Assembly: GCA_013239625.1 (NCBI GenBank)
Contig: MU057102.1
Location: 3,801,782-3,865,781 of the forward strand
Direction: 5' to 3'
Length of the DNA stretch: 64,000 nucleotides
From: Lama guanicoe
Taxonomy: Eukaryota
How positions within the stretch are numbered: the first letter of the stretch is position 1; every line of letters begins with the position of its first letter. The translations under genes were made by a program, and so were the position numbers. Shown here in pieces: positions 60,301-64,000 of the stretch. A model generated the notes under the pieces. It saw nothing but the letters and a program-made list of their open reading frames with translations. It made no database searches and was not told the origin of the DNA.

Positions 60301-61029
60301 TGGTTTGCATACGCACTTCCTAATTTGCATAGCCCCCTTCTGGTTTGCACTGCACTGCCAGGTTTGGTGCTTTCAGTCGCCCACATTCCGCAGCTTGGAG
60401 CCAGACCCAGCGCCGAGCTGGGGGGTCCTAGTCGACCTGGCCCCACATCCCCCTGAGGTCACTCAAGGCCCAGCCTGAGGTTTGTGCTGACACTAGCAGG
60501 TGGGGGAGTGACTGCCGATTGTTCGTCGTTTGGTCACACTACTGATTCTCACAGTCCTTAGTGCCGTGTTGCCATAGGTCACTGGCTGCCCTGGGCTTCC
60601 TCTCAGCCATGGGCTGTGCAGTGGAGCCCTGCCGTCTCAGTGGTCAAGGACCACTCTGGTCCCACCACATCGGAGCAGGCTCTGAGAAGGGCCCTAGGTC
60701 AGGAGCCCCACCCGGGCAGAGAAAGGTGACCCTCAGGTCTGCCCCGCGTGGCCTGAACCTCAGAATGACTTTGATCCTGAGTGGAGTGACTGGCCTGTGG
60801 TCTGGGGGTCTCCTTCCTGGACCCCAGAGGGAAGGACTCGGACACAGTCCCTCCCCAACCCCCTGAGTTGCTTCCCTGGTCAGGGAGGTCCCTCTGCGTG
60901 ATCATACACCACACGTCCTGCCCTTACATGCGTGTCCTGCTGTCACTCCCCTGTTGCGCCAGCACCACGTGTTCTGCTGAGCGGGAGCAGTGAGCGTGAG
61001 TGCAAGCTTTGGCAAGCACAGGCGCCGGA

Positions 61030-61295
61030 AACCTGGAGGGAGAAGACTTCCTTGTCTTTTCTAGCCGCTGGGGTCTTTGGCTCGTGGCAATGTCCAAGCC
61101 CTTTCTCTGCTCTCATTTTCTGCTCTGTGTCCTTTTCTTTCTCTTACAAGGAAACTCTCATTGGATTTAGGGCCCAGAAAGATCTCATCTCTACTCTTAC
61201 CTTAACCACACCTGCAAAGACCCTATTTCCAAATAAGGTCACATTCTGGGTTCCAGGTGACGAGAACTTTTGGGGAACAGCACCATTTAATCCAC
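61030..61295 (-). mobile_element. MLT1 (ERVL-MaLR) solo LTR fragment
   Basis: Minus strand GAATGTGACCTTATTTGGAAATAGGGTCTTTGCAG...CCCTAAATCCAATGA. Confidence 0.85.
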
Positions 61296-61985
61296 CGCTG
61301 AGGGGAGATGGGGAAAGCCTGGGGCAGAGACACACACAGAAACCAGAATTGGGGGGAGGGGCAGAGCTGTGCCCAGGACTGTTGCTGAGGGCACACCGAG
61401 GAGGGGTTGCACCACACCCACCTAGAAGTGACCACTGGACATGGAGCATGGCCACATGTCACCAGACCGAGGATCTGGGCCGCCCAGAGCAACGACTTCT
61501 CTCAACCCCTGCGGGCCTCTCCGGGGGCTCCCGGACCACCACCTAAGCCAGGCTGAGGATGGTGCCAGCTGCCCTACGAGGGGGAACCACGGGAGGGTGG
61601 AGCCAGGGGCAGCACGGGGTCTCAGCCTTAGCACCCCCCAAGAGAAATGCGACTTTTCCCCTCCCCCTTGCTCCCTCTCCTGCGGTTCCCCTCCCCCTAG
61701 GGTGGCCCTTCAGTCCAGGCCTTTGCCATTGTCCCCACCTTCTCCGTGAGGGTCTCTCCACCCCTTCTGGCACCCTCCTGGGTGCACATTTCTCCTTCTG
61801 GGGGTCTTGATGGCTACTGGCCCCTGTGGACACCTTTCTCAACCATGGGTGCTGCCTCTTGAGGCCTCTCAGCCCATTCTGCAAACGCACGTTGGGTCCG
61901 GCCAGCCCGGGGCTGGGAGGCAGGATCCTGGACCCTCGGGGGTCCCCAGCCCCTGCCTGATCCCTGCCTGCCCTGTCCCCTGCAG

Positions 61986-62183
61986 TACGGCATCAAGAAA
62001 AAGGAGGAGCGTGAAGCCGAGGCCCAGGCAGCCATGGAGGCCAATTCGGAGGGCAGCCTGACTCGGCCCAAGAAGGCCATCCCACCAGGCTGCGGGGACG
62101 AGCCCGAGGAGGAGGACGAGAGCATCCTGGACACAGTCATCAAGTACCTGCCTGGGCCGCTGCAGGACATGTTCAAGAAGTAA
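61986..62183 (+). CDS. CPLX1: Complexin-1 last coding exon ([12 protein letters not shown]...[12 protein letters not shown])
   Basis: ctgcag|TAC; TAA at 62181-62183; 31+176+198=405 nt = 134 aa plus stop. Confidence 0.97.
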   Translation, partial: YGIKKKEEREAEAQAAMEANSEGSLTRPKKAIPPGCGDEPEEEDESILDTVIKYLPGPLQDMFKK

Positions 62184-64000
62184 AGCCCCAGAGCTGGACA
62201 GCACCCGCCCCCTCACCCCCCATCCTGCCCTCCGCAGAGGCCCCCGAGGGGGTGTCGGGAGCAGAGTGCACCCCCAGCGCCAATACAAGCCATAGTCCTA
62301 GGTCTCTCCCCATATTCCCCTGCTCAGGCCGTGGGACCCTCCGCCCACCTCTCACCCCCAACCCCTCCCCGCACTGCCATCGCCAATGCCACGGAGGAAG
62401 GGGCGCCTGCCCCCCCCCCCGCCCCTGCCCAGGGCCGCTGTATTCTGTGCTGGAGGCCCTGGGTTGGCCAACCTGCTCAGCTGGCAGCCTGTGGAGTGGA
62501 CTCTCCCCCAGAGCCTGGGAAGCCCCTTCCGGCTCCCACCTTTCACCACCCACCTAGCAGCACTGAGGCTGGGGCCAGCGAAGAGGCCAGCCCCTCCACC
62601 ACCCCTGCGTCGGTGGGCATGGGTGGGGGCCCATACTCAGGAGCACAGCCATAGTGGGGGGAGGCTGGGCAGTCGTGCCAGCTGGGGTGGGGGCTGGGAG
62701 AGGCGAGCAGCTGGCACCTGGGGCTCACCCCCCTCCTGATCAGCCAGGACCCCAACCCCTCCTCCTGCACTGACCCTGGGTTGCTGTGTCTGCATCTTCC
62801 TGAAGGCTGGTTGCCTGCCCTCCACCTCTCCATGCACACCCGACCTTCTTCGTCAGTCTGTCTCTCTGCCCTCCCTCTCCCTCTCTGGCCACTCCTCTGG
62901 AAGGCTTTGCTTCTTAGGAATGCTATGGCCCTGCCTCTTCTCAAGTTAGGGACACAAAGCAATAGGCTAAGGGGGAAATTCTCAGGCCCTTCTCCCCTTG
63001 TGGCACACTCACGGAGTCCCTCACACACCCTGTAACTCGAGTTCCCCCTGAGTCTGGGGGCCCAGCTGAGCCCAGCCCACTCCCCTCCCTGGTTGGCACC
63101 TTCTGTCTCGTCTGGAGCTGCCTTTGCGGGGGGGGGGGTGCCCTGCCTTCACCCTCCAAAGATCCACTCCTTCAACCACAACTGAGGAGGTGACCCAGAG
63201 ACCCCGGGATCATGTGCTGTGCGGAGACCCTGCGCTGGTGCAGGCCCCTGAGCTGGGGCCGGGGTGGACCACCCAATCAGAGTTTGACGGTAACAGCCAC
63301 GGGGACCCCCACGCCAGCCTCCCAAACCCTCCTGTACTGGAGCTGCCTTTGCGGGGGGGGGGTGCCCTGCCCTCACCCTCCAAAGATCCACTCCTTCAAC
63401 CACAACTGAGGAGGTGACCCAGAGACCCCGGGATCATGTGCTGTGCGGAGACCCTGCGCTGGTGCAGGCCCCTGAGCTGGGGCCGGGGTGGACCACCCAA
63501 TCAGAGTTTGACGGTAACAGCCACGGGGACCCCCACGCCAGCCTCCCAAACCCTCCTGTTTCCTCTGCCCTTGTTTAGTTTGCATCACAATATGTTGAAT
63601 CTCAGGTAAATGAGGTCTTCTGTATTTGAGGAGTTTTATCTAGACAGACAGCCCCTGGCCTCTGTCCCGGTCCCAGGGCCCTTTCTGTCCACATCAGAAG
63701 TTCATTGTGTCCACGTGTCGCGGGCCAGGGGCGTGGCCCTCCCTAGCTCTTAGAGAAGCCATAACGATTAGCCTGCAATACTAACTCCTGCCGCCCCTCT
63801 GGTCGTAGGCGCGGGCGCGCGTCCAGGCGCCCCACCTCCTCCCCGTCCCACGTCTTTTTAAAATTCCTGTTTTCACACTTTAAAAAGCCAGCTCTAAGCA
63901 GACAAAGCGCTGTCTCGTAGAAACTCCGCATCCCGTTCCCAGCGCGTGGGGTGCCCAGCAGCCACGCTTGGTGTAGAACATGGGTGTCCTCTGTCCGTCT
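62184..64000 (+). other. CPLX1: CPLX1 3' UTR (end not seen)
   Basis: Follows the stop; no AATAAA/ATTAAA noticed before the window end. Confidence 0.7.
63112..63559. repeat. Tandem duplication, 224 + 223 bp, in the CPLX1 3' UTR
   Basis: Copies at 63112-63335 and 63337-63559 differ by G11 vs G10 and one T/C. Confidence 0.95.

Overview
GC-rich mammalian genomic DNA carrying two + strand protein-coding genes. The species is probably a camelid, inferred only from a Vic-1-like tRNA-derived SINE and the L1 3' UTR type. (1) The 3' two-thirds of GAK (cyclin G-associated kinase / auxilin-2): 18 coding exons from 346 to the stop at 24158, all GT-AG and frame-consistent. They encode the PTEN-like phosphatase and C2 domains, the clathrin/adaptor-binding linker and the J domain; a polyA signal lies at 24551. 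(2) The complete CDS of CPLX1 (complexin-1, 134 aa): CpG-island promoter at about 31.9-33.5 kb, a non-coding exon 1, coding exons at 34380, 57191 and 61986, and a 3' UTR running to the window end. Introns hold old L1 remnants, two Tigger MITEs, an MLT1 LTR, a SINE, a nested young L1 containing an N gap, and microsatellites. Nearly all long ORFs in the supplied track are GC-content artefacts. I find no new multi-gene system. The best leads are: a candidate pair of frame-compensating microexons (8 or 5 nt plus 28 nt) and an intronic polyA site in a GAK intron; an expanded-spacer REST/RE1 site in CPLX1 intron 1; a 20-bp-phased octamer array; a natural A44E in the complexin accessory helix; upstream ATG elements and miR-135/miR-137 seed matches; and two tandem duplications that share a probable assembly-artefact signature. 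Comparisons with human or rodent sequences and repeat consensuses are from memory, not from database searches.
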